Shown: positions 9,410 to 19,343 of the stretch, one piece after another
Numbering within the stretch: position 1 is the stretch's first letter
Layout of the letters: the number at the start of each line of letters is the position of its first letter
Origin: Gemmatimonadota bacterium
GTDB lineage: Bacteria > Gemmatimonadota > Gemmatimonadetes > Palauibacterales > Palauibacteraceae
Direction: 5' to 3'
DNA length: 64,000 nt
Assembly: GCA_965116475.1 (NCBI GenBank)
Contig: OZ220691.1
Coordinates: forward strand, 512,001-576,000
Program-made: the position numbers and the translations under genes
The notes under the pieces: model-generated
What the model was told of the DNA's origin: nothing
Seen by the model: the letters and a program-made list of their open reading frames with translations, nothing else
The model's database searches: none

Positions 9410-10636
9410 TCAAGACTGGCAGCGAGGACGCCTTCGGACGACCTCCGGGCGTTGTCCCCTGATCCGTCTTCCCGCCCAGTCCCGCGCGGCCTCCGCGACG
9501 CGGTCGATGTCGGACTTGTCGTTGTAGACGCCGATGGAGAAGCGGAGCATGCCGGTGCGGATCGCGAGGCGGATGCCGGCCGCGGTCAGGTGGTCATGGA
9601 GCGCGTTCATGGCGGGGTCGTCGGCCGTGTAGTGGCGTCCGCCGCCGCTTTCGCCGACCGAGACTATGTGGGCGAGATGGGGACCGGGCCGCCCGCCGAC
9701 GACCGGGAGGCCGAGGTCGAGCAGCCGGCTCGCCAGGTCGGCCGCCAGGCCGCGTACGTGCGTCTCGACGCGCTCGACGCCCCAGTCGGAAAGCAGGTCC
9801 AGCGCCGCGTCCGTCGCCGCCGCCCCGAGGTAGTTGTAGTTGCCCACGTCGAAGCGGAGCGCGCCCGGGCGGAAGCGGAGTTCGTCATCCGAGTACGCCG
9901 TCTCGTGCGCGTCGAGTTCGATCCCGAACCGAGCCACGTGGACCGGCGTCAGCGTCTCGGCCACCTCGCGCCGCACATACAGGAAGCCGAATCCGTACAC
10001 CGACAGCAGGGCCTTCTGCGCCGCGACGGCCAGCGCGTCCACCCCGAGTTCTTCGACGTCCGTCCGGTGGGCGCCGACCGACTGCGCCGCGTCCACCAGC
10101 GTCAGCGCCCCGACGCTCCGGGCCGCCGCCGCGATCGCCTTCATGTCCGTCACGAACCCGGGGGCGAACGTGATGCTCGGGATCGTCACGAGCCGCGTGC
10201 GTTCGTCCATCGCCGCGGCCATCGCTTCCACCGGAACGTGCCCGTCCTCCGGCGCGACCGGCCGCACCTCGATCCCGTGCGTGCGGACGAGGCTGTACCA
10301 GAGGTAGATGTTGTTCGGGTGCTCCAGCGCCGGACACAGGACCACGTTGTCGCCCGCCCGCCACGGGAGGCTGGCGCCGAACAGGTTGAGGCCGTCGGAG
10401 ACGTTCTTCGTGATCGCGACCTCGTCGGGACTCGCGCCGATGAGGGACGCGAAGGAGGCCCGCGCGCGATTGACCGTGGCCACCATCGCCGTCTTGTCGC
10501 CCCGCCCCGAGGTTCTCGCCCCGAGGTGGCGCTCGATCGCCGCCCGCACCGGCTCGGCCATCAGCGAGTTCGCGGAGATGTCGAAGTAGGGCTGCTCGCC
10601 CGCGCCGGGGAAGAGCGCCCTCACATCCGGGTTCAC
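9410..10636 (-). CDS. Class V PLP aminotransferase / cysteine desulfurase-like protein
   Basis: VAITKNVSDGLN, LEHPNN, VDAAQSVG, AQKALL; GTG start overlapping the upstream stop. Confidence 0.85.
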   Translation of the reverse strand: MNPDVRALFPGAGEQPYFDISANSLMAEPVRAAIERHLGARTSGRGDKTAMVATVNRARASFASLIGASPDEVAITKNVSDGLNLFGASLPWRAGDNVVLCPALEHPNNIYLWYSLVRTHGIEVRPVAPEDGHVPVEAMAAAMDERTRLVTIPSITFAPGFVTDMKAIAAAARSVGALTLVDAAQSVGAHRTDVEELGVDALAVAAQKALLSVYGFGFLYVRREVAETLTPVHVARFGIELDAHETAYSDDELRFRPGALRFDVGNYNYLGAAATDAALDLLSDWGVERVETHVRGLAADLASRLLDLGLPVVGGRPGPHLAHIVSVGESGGGRHYTADDPAMNALHDHLTAAGIRLAIRTGMLRFSIGVYNDKSDIDRVAEAARDWAGRRIRGQRPEVVRRRPRCQS

Positions 10637-11865
10637 GCTCGCCTCGCTTCGGAGCGGGCGACGAGCGCCGCGCCGACCATGTCGCCCATGATGTTCACCG
10701 TCGTGTTGCTCAGGTCCACCAGCCGGTAGATCCCGCCCACGATCGCCGCGACCTCGATCGGCAGGTTCAGCGCCTGCACGTAGATGAGCGCGACCACGAA
10801 CCCGCCGCCGGGAACTCCGCCCGTCCCGTGCGAGAGCAGCATGCCCAGGAGCAGGATCGTGACGAAGTCCGCCGGAGAGAAGGTGACGCCGGCCGCCTGC
10901 GCCGTGAAGAGGAGGACCGCAGCAAGCATGACCGAGGTCCCGTCCTTGTTGAGTTGCGCCCCGAGGGGGAGGACGAAGGAGTAGACGCGCCGCGGGAGGT
11001 CGAGCCGCCCGGCCGTCTCCAGTCCGACCGAGAGCGAGGCGAGGCTGGACGTCGTGGCGGCCGTCGTCGCCCACAGCGATCCCGTGGCGCGCAGGAAGCG
11101 GGCCGGCCGGAAGTCGCTGAAGAACCCGAGCAGGAGCATGTACCCGGTCACGATGACGATCTGCGCCCCCCAGAGTCCCGCGAGAAACCGGGCCATCGGG
11201 CCGATCAGGTCGGCCCCGTAGCGGCCCACCGTGACGGCGACGAGGGCCCCGATCCCCACCGGGGCGATCCACAGGATCATGTGGACGAGCCGCCGGAAGA
11301 GCCCCGCCAGGTCCTCGAACAGGGTGGCGAGGCGCGCGCGCGGCCCGTCCCCCAGCGCCATGGTCGCGATCCCCAGCACCAGCGCGAGGATGACGATTTG
11401 CACCACGTTCCCATCGGCGAACGCGCGGAAGACGTTCGTCGGGATCATGTCGAGGAGGACATCGCCCACGGACGGCGCCTCGCCCACGGTCCCCGAGACC
11501 GGCTCCGAGACCGGCTCCGTGCCCGGCCCCGTGACCGTCTCCGTGGCCGTCTCCGTCAGCCGCAGGCCGACGCCGGGACGCAGGAGCGCCATGGCGCCCA
11601 GCCCGAGCGAGAGCGCGACGAGTTCCGTCGTGAGGAAGAACCCGACCGTCTTGCCCGCGAGCCGTCCCAGCGTCCGCAGGTCCGTGAGCGAGGTCAGACC
11701 CGCGAGGAGATTGAAGAAGACGAGGGGCGCGGCGGCCAGAATCAACAGGGTGATGAAGAGGTCGCCCAGCGGCTGGATCGCGGTGACGCGCTCGCCGAGG
11801 ACCGCCCCCAGGACGACGCCGGCGAGCATCCCGATCAGGATCCGCCCCCCCGGCCCCACCTTCAT
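10633..11865 (-). CDS. Dicarboxylate/amino acid:cation symporter (DAACS)
   Basis: IPTNVFRAF, AATTSSLASL, LPLGAQLNKDGT, GVPGGG, TTVNIMGD. Confidence 0.9.
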   Translation of the reverse strand: MKVGPGGRILIGMLAGVVLGAVLGERVTAIQPLGDLFITLLILAAAPLVFFNLLAGLTSLTDLRTLGRLAGKTVGFFLTTELVALSLGLGAMALLRPGVGLRLTETATETVTGPGTEPVSEPVSGTVGEAPSVGDVLLDMIPTNVFRAFADGNVVQIVILALVLGIATMALGDGPRARLATLFEDLAGLFRRLVHMILWIAPVGIGALVAVTVGRYGADLIGPMARFLAGLWGAQIVIVTGYMLLLGFFSDFRPARFLRATGSLWATTAATTSSLASLSVGLETAGRLDLPRRVYSFVLPLGAQLNKDGTSVMLAAVLLFTAQAAGVTFSPADFVTILLLGMLLSHGTGGVPGGGFVVALIYVQALNLPIEVAAIVGGIYRLVDLSNTTVNIMGDMVGAALVARSEARRA

Positions 11866-11875
11866 CGGCGGCGAG

Positions 11876-13087
11876 TCACGGCTTGCGTTCGAAGCGGACG
11901 CGGGCTGCGCGCTCCACGCCGAGTTCGTCGGTGGTGATGCCGTAGAGCGCCGTTTCCGTGGCCCAGGGCACTGATCCCGGATCCACGCGGCGCGGCCAGC
12001 GGTAGCGGGCTACGAGGGTCGCCCCCTCGTAGACGTCCGCCTCGGCCATCTCCGCGCCGTCGGCCGCGGCCTTCTCGACCCACAGCCGGCCCGCCTGGTC
12101 GAAGAAGATGTCGGCGACGGGCCCCTTCCTCTCGGGAATTTCGAACGCGGGCCCGTCGAGATTCCCCCGCTCCATGTCGCGCTCCAGGCGGCTCCGGGCG
12201 TTTTCCCGCTCCTCCGGGCTGAGGGGCGGGCCCGGGTCGGGCGGACCGATGATCTCGGTCACGGAACCGTCGGCGGCGTGAAGCTCGACCGCGTAGAGGG
12301 AACGCGAGCCGCTGGCCCAGGCGCCACCGGGCCCGTGGGCCCGCAGCCACAGGGGCCCGTACGGCTGGTAGAGGTACAACTGGGCGGTGCCGCTGAAACC
12401 TTCCGCGAACCCGCTCATGTCGACGACCACGGTCCGGTGCCCTTCCGCCGCGGCTTCCGGCTCCCGCAGGACGACCGTGTCCGGGCTCCCGTCCGCGTTC
12501 ACATGGACGCGACCGTGGACGAACGCCTCGCCGGAACTCCGGAGCGAACCGATGTCGACGAGCCTCCCTTGGGCGTCGAACGTGACGGGGGCGGCCCCTC
12601 CCTGCCCGCCGAACGGCCGCTGCTGGACACGCAGGTAGGTGGCGGCCGCGTCGCCCAGTTCGAAGGCCGTGTAGCGCGCCTCCTGGCGCACCCACAGTTC
12701 GCCCTCCGGCGAGAACCCGAGGCAACAGGGACCCCTGAACTCCTCGGGTCCGTCCCCTTCCCCGCCGAGGCCGAAGAGGAACGAGCCGTGCGGATCGAAG
12801 ACACGGACCTCGCTCGCCCCCCGGTCGACGACCAGGATCCTCCCCAGCGGATCCTCGGCCACCGAGGCGATGCGACTGAACAGATACGCCTCGTCCCCGT
12901 CGAGTTCCCCGATCTCCAGGTCTACGGTTCCTTCAAACGTGGGGACATCGACCTCCGGCTCCGGGGCGTCGCCATCGGTGCAGGCGCTGACCGAGATTAG
13001 AATGGCCGCGCACAGGGGAACGGCGACCCATGGGACGGATCCGCGCGCCCATCGTGGCTTCGGGGAGGGAAACGATGCATCCGGCAT
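11876..13087 (-). CDS. 6-bladed beta-propeller lipoprotein
   Basis: Lipobox-like ISVSAC; LEIGELDG..YLFSRI..VAED..GRILVVD...EVRVFD..G.FL..LGG.GDGPEEF. Confidence 0.72.
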   Translation of the reverse strand: MPDASFPSPKPRWARGSVPWVAVPLCAAILISVSACTDGDAPEPEVDVPTFEGTVDLEIGELDGDEAYLFSRIASVAEDPLGRILVVDRGASEVRVFDPHGSFLFGLGGEGDGPEEFRGPCCLGFSPEGELWVRQEARYTAFELGDAAATYLRVQQRPFGGQGGAAPVTFDAQGRLVDIGSLRSSGEAFVHGRVHVNADGSPDTVVLREPEAAAEGHRTVVVDMSGFAEGFSGTAQLYLYQPYGPLWLRAHGPGGAWASGSRSLYAVELHAADGSVTEIIGPPDPGPPLSPEERENARSRLERDMERGNLDGPAFEIPERKGPVADIFFDQAGRLWVEKAAADGAEMAEADVYEGATLVARYRWPRRVDPGSVPWATETALYGITTDELGVERAARVRFERKP

Positions 13088-13100
13088 GACAAGACTCCGT

Positions 13101-13301
13101 TCAGGGCGCCACCGCCCGGCAGCCCGTGTGCGTGATCGCGACCGGCGCGCCGGAAGCGTCGATCCCATCCAGGCAGGTCCGCTCACCGCTGTGGCTGAGG
13201 TCCACCAGCGTCCGCGTGGCGTTGAGTTCGGCAACCACTTCCCGCCCGAAGTCCGTGAGCCCGCCGTTCTCCGGCACCATCGACCCATGCCCGAGCTGGT
13301 T
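13101..13301 (-). pseudogene. Internal fragment of a membrane dipeptidase (M19)
   Basis: NQLGHGS...GGLTDFGREVVAELN....LVDLSHSG......PVAITHTGCRA; only ~65 codons remain. Confidence 0.75.
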
Positions 13302-13491
13302 GACGGCGACCCGCCCCGCGTCGTCCCCCATCATGGCCCGGCGGGCGATGAGCGTGGGGCTCGCAGTTTCCATGTTCTCTACAGTAGGAAGACGGAGACG
13401 CCGGAGCACGCCTGTAGGGTCGCGTCACGGCCATTGGGACATGCGCCGCTTGGGCCTGGGCGCCTGGCGTTGGCGGCGGCGGTCCGGGGCC

Positions 13492-14571
13492 CTAAGTCGT
13501 GGCGGGGATTCGCGTTCTTCCGTCCATGAACGCCGCTACGAGCGGCACCATGAGGGTCACGGCCGCAACCGCCGCGGCCGCCAGCAGGTCGCCGCACATG
13601 GTTTCGCAGAGGCCCAGGTCGCGGGTCGGAGGCACAAGAAGATGGATGACGACCAACATGTAACAGACACCGATCCGGATGCGCAGCCACGCTTCCAGGC
13701 GCCCGCCGTCCGAGGCGAACGATAGTGTTTCGCCGACGATGCGGTGTTCTTTCGCGAGCCCCTCGTCCGCGGCCGTCGCGATGGTCCGGTATCGATGATA
13801 CAGGACTTCCCGGACTACCAGCATCATCGCCATGCAGATCACCGCCGGGCCGATGGTCCGCGAGTTGTAGACGTAGAGGGGAATGGAGCTTCCCCAGGCG
13901 AACGCCCCGATCGCGGTGCGTCGGTCCGCTCGACACCACCGCAGCAGGGTCCCGCCCAGCACGTACACGATGGCGAGCAGGAGAAACAGCGCCAGCGCCG
14001 CGGCCGCAGGACCGCGTTCCGCAAGCGCGGCAGCGACCGATGGGGCGTTCGTCATCGCGATGGCGAACGCCATGACCGAGGTTGCGGCGCCGACGGCGAG
14101 GGCCTGGCCGACCCCCCTGTTGCGGAGGACCCGGATTCCGTCCCGCAGGCCGGCGACCACGGAGCCGATGTCCCTGCGTTCGCCCGTTTCCTGGCTCTCG
14201 AGAAGCAGAAGTCGCTCGTCGATGAACGCTTTGCGATTGCGCCTCCGAATCGTTTCCACGTCGTCGAGATACCTGCGTCGAGTGAGCCTCACCCGCACGA
14301 CCAGCCACAGTCGCGCGAAGAACCGGTTGAATGCGGCGCCGACGCCCCGTGCCGAGGCGTCGCGCGCCGCCGCCAGCTTCTCCGTGGCTGTGTAGCTGAG
14401 CTTCAGCCATGACTCGAGTCTGACGCTCGTCCGCCGAACATTGGACAGGCGTGTCGCGGAGTTGACGAAGATCGCGACGGCGGCCATACCGATCATCAGC
14501 ACGGGCAGTACGATGCCGAGGATCCGATATGGATCGCCTCCGGCGAGCCAGTCCTGCGGTTCGAACGCCAC
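13492..14571 (-). CDS. Hypothetical multi-pass membrane protein
   Basis: Several hydrophobic segments; GTG 14571 with GGAG upstream; family not recognised. Confidence 0.55.
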   Translation of the reverse strand: MAFEPQDWLAGGDPYRILGIVLPVLMIGMAAVAIFVNSATRLSNVRRTSVRLESWLKLSYTATEKLAAARDASARGVGAAFNRFFARLWLVVRVRLTRRRYLDDVETIRRRNRKAFIDERLLLLESQETGERRDIGSVVAGLRDGIRVLRNRGVGQALAVGAATSVMAFAIAMTNAPSVAAALAERGPAAAALALFLLLAIVYVLGGTLLRWCRADRRTAIGAFAWGSSIPLYVYNSRTIGPAVICMAMMLVVREVLYHRYRTIATAADEGLAKEHRIVGETLSFASDGGRLEAWLRIRIGVCYMLVVIHLLVPPTRDLGLCETMCGDLLAAAAVAAVTLMVPLVAAFMDGRTRIPATT

Positions 14572-14599
14572 GTCGCCGACTCCCGGCCCGAGCCCCGTG

Positions 14600-15379
14600 T
14601 CAGTCCCCGGCGTCAGGCGGCGGCGCGTCGAGAAGCGGGGCGAAGTGCTCCAGGGCGAAGGCGGAGAGGAGTTGGTGCGGCGGGATGCGTTCAAGCTCGA
14701 TGAGATTGCAGCCGAGCCACCTCGTCGCCTTGCGGCGGAGGGTTTCTCGCGGAAGTCCGAGTTGCGCGCTCACGTCCTTCCACTTCGAGCCGGTGGCTCG
14801 CAACTGCTGCGCCCTGAGGAGGACGAGCGCGCCGAGGAAGCGGTTGAGCGTCGTCCGGCCGCGGGCGCGGGCCTGAAACTGCTGAAACAGCGTCACGGGA
14901 GAGCAGTCCACCGCCGCCGCGAGTTCCTGCACGTTGCGCACGGGAGTGCGGCGGGCCTCCCGGAGGCCGTGTGACAGGGCGGAGCGGAGGGCCGGCGGCG
15001 CCGTCGACCGCCGGATCCTGTCCGCCATTTGCAGCAGGGCCGACCCGCTGCATGCGGATTCGATACGCGAGGCGAGCTGACGCTCGACATCCTCGAACCA
15101 GACGAGATCCGCCACCTGCACTCTGGTCAGAAGGCGCGCGATGGAGATTGTCCGATCCGTCACGAGGATCACCGGAACCCACGGGATTTTCCGCTCGACC
15201 TCGCGCAGGAGCGAGATCCTCTCCGGCAGAAGCTCGCTGCGGCTGCTGAACACCAGGCACTCGATGTCGAGGTCGGCTGCCGTGAGGTCGGCTGCCGCGT
15301 GGATCACGCGCACGCCGCCGGCGACACCCCGTCGCATGAGTTCCGCATCGTGTGGCGTGTCCGCCAGGATGCCGATCAT
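14600..15379 (-). CDS. Atypical receiver-like domain + AraC-type HTH regulator
   Basis: N-terminal alpha/beta segment (PWVPVILVT); C-terminal VQELAAAVDCSPVTL...KWKDVSAQLG double HTH pattern. Confidence 0.65.
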   Translation of the reverse strand: MIGILADTPHDAELMRRGVAGGVRVIHAAADLTAADLDIECLVFSSRSELLPERISLLREVERKIPWVPVILVTDRTISIARLLTRVQVADLVWFEDVERQLASRIESACSGSALLQMADRIRRSTAPPALRSALSHGLREARRTPVRNVQELAAAVDCSPVTLFQQFQARARGRTTLNRFLGALVLLRAQQLRATGSKWKDVSAQLGLPRETLRRKATRWLGCNLIELERIPPHQLLSAFALEHFAPLLDAPPPDAGD

Positions 15380-15392
15380 TCCACGATCCCGG

Positions 15393-16127
15393 TTACGCCA
15401 GCGATCGTCTGGGCGATCGTCCGGGCGATTCCCCGGGCGATTCTCTCAGCGGGGGCGAGATCCACTCGCGGCCGCGCAGCCACAGGGCAGCCGACACGAG
15501 CGCGAAGGAGGCCGACCACGTCCAGTAGGAGGGACCCAGGTGACCGTACGCGACGAGTTCGGCATCGACGGGGATCGGGATGGGCCGGAGCAGGTTGAAC
15601 GCTCCCAGTCCGAGGGCTGTCGCGGCGATGACCCCAACCGCGCCTCCCACCCACGCGTCGACCGAGCGCCGGACACGCCCCAACGCCAGGGACGTGGACA
15701 TCATGACCAGGGCCGAGAACGCCCCGAGGACCCAGACGGAGATCGGCGCGGGCGCCAGAAGCTCCCGCCACGAGACCGACATCCTGAAGTCCGGGTGCAA
15801 CGGCTCGAACGCCACGCTGCCGAAATCGGACAGGAACAACGACAACGCGTACAGACCCCACCCCGCCAGGAGGAGATTCCGCCACGCCGGAGCGTCCTGC
15901 TTCGCGAACTCACGGGAGAGTGCGGTCGGATCGCCGAGTTCTTCACGGGCGGCGGCCTCGACCGCGGAGGGGGAGGCCGGCGTGGCATCCCGCGCCGGTT
16001 CGTCGGCCGCGTGGGCCCGCAGGTGGTCCTCGAGTTCGGCCAGTTCGCGTCGCGAGAACCGCCCGCCGGCCTCCAGACCCCTGCGCCACGCCCGGATCCC
16101 GTCATCCAGCCGGGACATCGCCGCCAC
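15393..16127 (-). CDS. Permease-prefix-domain membrane protein
   Basis: IRAWR......ELAELEDHL....AREELGDP..LSREFAK followed by TM segments; lies downstream of PadR. Confidence 0.75.
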   Translation of the reverse strand: MAAMSRLDDGIRAWRRGLEAGGRFSRRELAELEDHLRAHAADEPARDATPASPSAVEAAAREELGDPTALSREFAKQDAPAWRNLLLAGWGLYALSLFLSDFGSVAFEPLHPDFRMSVSWRELLAPAPISVWVLGAFSALVMMSTSLALGRVRRSVDAWVGGAVGVIAATALGLGAFNLLRPIPIPVDAELVAYGHLGPSYWTWSASFALVSAALWLRGREWISPPLRESPGESPGRSPRRSLA

Positions 16128-16452
16128 GCCAGGAAAGTTCCAGCACTCCGTACATGGCCCGCCAGCTCTTCCGGTCGGTGGCCAGCTGCCGCCGCCCGCG
16201 GGTCGTCAGGCTGTAGTACTTGCGCGGCCGCCCTTCGTCGGTGGGTTCCCAGTAGCCTTCAACGAGGCCGTCCTTCTCCAGCCGGTGCAGGAGGGGATAG
16301 AGCATCCCGCCCGACCACTCCAGGTCGCCGCCGGAGAGCCGCTTCACCTGCTTGATGATCTCGTAACCGTACGTGTCGCCGGCTGCGAGGATCGAGAGCA
16401 CCAGGGGGCGCGACGAAGCCGCCACCAGCTCCTTGTAGATCGACTTCTTCAT
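16102..16452 (-). CDS. PadR family transcriptional regulator
   Basis: LVLSILA..DTYGYEII...GMLYPLLHRLEKDGLV...GRPRKYYSLT..GR. Confidence 0.92.
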   Translation of the reverse strand: MKKSIYKELVAASSRPLVLSILAAGDTYGYEIIKQVKRLSGGDLEWSGGMLYPLLHRLEKDGLVEGYWEPTDEGRPRKYYSLTTRGRRQLATDRKSWRAMYGVLELSWRGGDVPAG

Positions 16453-16461
16453 CCGCCCTTC

Positions 16462-16503
16462 GATATGTATAGATGTACGATGTAGATTGTATCACTACAT
16501 ATC
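16462..16503. promoter_or_regulatory. Putative PadR operator/promoter
   Basis: AT-rich patch just upstream of padR with ATGTAG-N9-CTACAT (16480-16500) and GATATGTA...TACATATC inverted repeats. Confidence 0.45.
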
Positions 16504-17325
16504 ATGGGAGACGCGAGATGGCAACCGTCGCCGGCGCTTTCTCCGGAGTCGTGCGACCAGGTATCCCAGCAGGCCGAGGATGAGGGTCGCCACGGCACTT
16601 CTCGTCGTCAGGGACTGAAGGAACCGCGCCCGTACCGCCTCCCGGCGCGCTTCCTCTTCCCGCAACATCGCGGCCAGGCGCGCGTCCCTGGCGCGTGCCG
16701 TGGGGGTAAGGCCACCCTCGGTCTCCGCGGAAAGGTCGGCGCCGTGCCTGATCAGCACGTCCACGACGGCCGGATTCGGGTCTCCCATGGAGCCGTCCCG
16801 GATCCTTCTGGCAGCGTCGTGCAGCGGCGTCCCCTCGGTGTGCGTGCGGACGTTGATGTCGGTCACGCCGGCGAGTACCTCCACGACGACCGGGTTCTCG
16901 TTGTACAGGGCGGCCAGGTGAAGGGGTGTGCGTCCGTGCCGGGTCGCGGCGTAGACGTTCGCACCGTATTCCAGCAGCGCCCTTACCACCGCCGGGTTCC
17001 GGTTGTACCGGGCCGCCCAGTGCATGGGCGTCCGACGCGCGCGGGTCGGGGCCTCCAGGTCGGCCCCGGCCTCGACGAGCACCCCGATCACGTCGGGATC
17101 ATCGCTGGACCGCGCCGCCCAGTGCAGGGGGGTCCGCTCGCCGGGGGAGGACACAGCGTCGACGCTGTATCCGGCGGCGAGGCATGCCCTCACGGTCGTC
17201 GGATCCGCCGTCTCCCAGAACGGTCCCGTCAACCAGCCCTCGCACGGGGCCTGGACCGGCGCGACGGCAGCCGAGGCCAGAACCGGAAGCGCAAGAAGCG
17301 CCGACGTCAGCGACGGCTCCGTCAT
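16495..17325 (-). CDS. Exported ankyrin-repeat protein with C-terminal TM anchor
   Basis: Four TPLH/TPMH-xAA repeats, signal peptide, and a C-terminal hydrophobic helix followed by RRKRRRR. Confidence 0.88.
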   Translation of the reverse strand: MTEPSLTSALLALPVLASAAVAPVQAPCEGWLTGPFWETADPTTVRACLAAGYSVDAVSSPGERTPLHWAARSSDDPDVIGVLVEAGADLEAPTRARRTPMHWAARYNRNPAVVRALLEYGANVYAATRHGRTPLHLAALYNENPVVVEVLAGVTDINVRTHTEGTPLHDAARRIRDGSMGDPNPAVVDVLIRHGADLSAETEGGLTPTARARDARLAAMLREEEARREAVRARFLQSLTTRSAVATLILGLLGYLVARLRRKRRRRLPSRVSHDM

Positions 17326-17756
17326 TCGGCGCCCTTGCCGCCGGCGTCGACGGGTCCGGCCGCGAGGGCCGCCTCGAGATCGAGCCAGAACGGCTCCCAG
17401 ATGTGCCCGTCCGGGTCCGAGAAGGCGCGCGCATACATGAAGCCGTAGTCCATCGGTTCCCGCGGTTCATCCGCCCCGTGCGCAAGCGCCGTCTCCATGA
17501 AGCCGTCCACTTCGTCGCGACTCTCCAACTGGAGCGAGACCAGGACCTCCGTCGTCTCGCGCGCATCCGCGAGGGGCCGCGGCGTGAACGTCCCGAACCT
17601 CTCATGCGTCACGAGCATGCAGTAGCAACTCCCGTCGATCTTCATCCCGAGCGTCGCCTCGTCGCTGAAGTCGTCGTCGAAGGCGAAGCCGAGGGCCGCG
17701 AAAAAGGCCCGCGAGCGAGCGAGATCTTCCACCGGGAGGTTGATGTAGACGTTCAT
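17322..17756 (-). CDS. VOC/glyoxalase family protein
   Basis: INLPVEDLARSRAFFAALGF...DYGFMYARAFSDPDGHIWE. Confidence 0.9.
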   Translation of the reverse strand: MNVYINLPVEDLARSRAFFAALGFAFDDDFSDEATLGMKIDGSCYCMLVTHERFGTFTPRPLADARETTEVLVSLQLESRDEVDGFMETALAHGADEPREPMDYGFMYARAFSDPDGHIWEPFWLDLEAALAAGPVDAGGKGAE

Positions 17757-17962
17757 GGGAGGTTCCTTAACGACCTGAGCGAGGCCGGAACGTAGAGATT
17801 TCATGGTGTCCGCATCCGAAGGCTAGCCGAACGTGGCGAAAAACCGCAATCCTCCGGCTTGCTTCACGATGCGGGCCGCGATTAACTGACTGCCGGACGG
17901 CAGCTCGCGCTCCCCCGTGAGCGCCGGCCCGACCAACCCGAAGCAGCGACCCGGAGCGATTG

Positions 17963-18217
17963 ATGAACGCAGCCCAGTTGCAGCACTACAAGCAGAAACT
18001 GGCCTTCGAGACGGACTCGTGGGACCTGTTCGAGATGCTGGGCCGGGACGATCCCGTCGTCGTGGTCGACGGCCGGTCCGCGGCGGCCTACGCCCGCGAG
18101 CACATCCCGGGCGCCGTCAACCTCCCGCACCGTGAGATCGGCCCCGAGACGACGGCGTCGCTCGATCGGTCCATGCTCTACGCCTGCTACTGCGACGGGA
18201 TCGCCTGCGGCTGCTGA
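17963..18217 (+). pseudogene. Rhodanese-like protein, 3'-truncated
   Basis: ETDSWD...VVDGRS...Y..EHIPGAVNLPH; ends at YCDGIACGC*, right at the active-site loop, and lacks the C-terminal third. Confidence 0.7.
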
Positions 18218-19281
18218 GCCCGCCTCGACGTTCCCGCGGGAACGCGGCGCGGGAGTCCGCGGACTACGATCTCGTCGTGGTGGGGGCCGGGTTCGCGGGG
18301 CTCGCCTGCGCGCGGCGGGCGGCGGAGCGCGGGCTCTCCGTGCTCGTCCTGGAGCGGCAGTCCGAGCCGGGGGAGCGCATCCACACGACCGGGATCCTCG
18401 TCAAGGAAGCGTGGGAGGAGTGGGCCGCCCCGGCGTCGCTCGTGCGCCGAATCCAGCGCGTCCGGGTCTACGATCCGGGCCACCGTTTCGTCGAACTCGA
18501 GCGGGACTCCTATTTCTTCATGGCGACGGACACGGCGGGGCTTCTCCGCCACCTCGCCGACGAGACGCGCCGCGCGGGGGCCGAGATCCGGTTCGGCGCT
18601 CCCTTCGAGGGCGTGGCTTCCGGCCCGACCTGCCGTTTTCTGGTCGGGGCCGATGGGGCGCGCTCCAGGGTGGCCGAGAGTTTCGGGCTGGACCGCAACC
18701 GCCGGCTCCTCAAGGGTGTGGAGTGGGAGTACGAGCCCCGCGGCGGCGACGGAGACTGCCTGCACTGCTTCATCGATCCCGAGTGCGCGCCGGGCTACAT
18801 CGGGTGGGTCGTGCCGGGCGTCGGGGCCACGCAGGTGGGGCTGGCGCTCCACCGCGATCGGCGCGCGGACCTGCGCCGCTTCAGCGAGAAGCTCGACGGC
18901 CTGTTCGGGTTGTCCGGGAGACGGGTGCTGGAGAAGCGCGGCGGCGTCATCCCGATCGGCGGCCTGCTGCATAACTTTTATGCGGATCGGGTTCTGCTCG
19001 TCGGAGACGCGGCCGGCATGGTGTCGCCGCTCACCGCCGGCGGCATTCACCAGGCCTACCGCTTCGGCAAGCTCGCCGCCGACGCGATCGCGGATCACCT
19101 GGACGGCGGCCTCCATCCGGGCCCGATCCTCCGCCGCGCGTATCCGAACCACGCCCTGAAACGCGCCGCGCGCTGGGGGTTCGACCACCTCCCGGTGGCG
19201 CGCGCGCTGCAGGCCGGACTCCTGAGCTGGAACGTGTTCAGGCGGCTGGCCGAGACCGTATTCTTCCACCGTTCCCGGTAG
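18214..19281 (+). CDS. FAD-dependent oxidoreductase (geranylgeranyl reductase-like)
   Basis: YDLVVVGAGFAG, LVGADGARS, LLVGDAAG.VSPLTAGGI. The frame opens upstream of the Rossmann motif only at CTG 18214, which overlaps the rhodanese TGA; start uncertain. Confidence 0.82.
   Translation: MSPPRRSRGNAARESADYDLVVVGAGFAGLACARRAAERGLSVLVLERQSEPGERIHTTGILVKEAWEEWAAPASLVRRIQRVRVYDPGHRFVELERDSYFFMATDTAGLLRHLADETRRAGAEIRFGAPFEGVASGPTCRFLVGADGARSRVAESFGLDRNRRLLKGVEWEYEPRGGDGDCLHCFIDPECAPGYIGWVVPGVGATQVGLALHRDRRADLRRFSEKLDGLFGLSGRRVLEKRGGVIPIGGLLHNFYADRVLLVGDAAGMVSPLTAGGIHQAYRFGKLAADAIADHLDGGLHPGPILRRAYPNHALKRAARWGFDHLPVARALQAGLLSWNVFRRLAETVFFHRSR
18229..18244. repeat. 16-bp palindrome copy 1 (CGTTCCCGCGGGAACG)
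   Basis: Exact match. Confidence 0.95.
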
Positions 19282-19320
19282 GCTTCCGACACGCCCGACA
19301 GGATGGAGCCGCGCATGACA

Positions 19321-19336
19321 CGTTCCCGCGGGAACG
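19321..19336. repeat. 16-bp palindrome copy 2
   Basis: Exact match, intergenic. Confidence 0.95.
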
Positions 19337-19343
19337 TCCGACG

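Noticed and set aside
16721-16734. GTCTCCGCGGAAAG in the ankyrin gene as a palindrome variant
   Set aside because: Imperfect dyad with several mismatches; compatible with chance.
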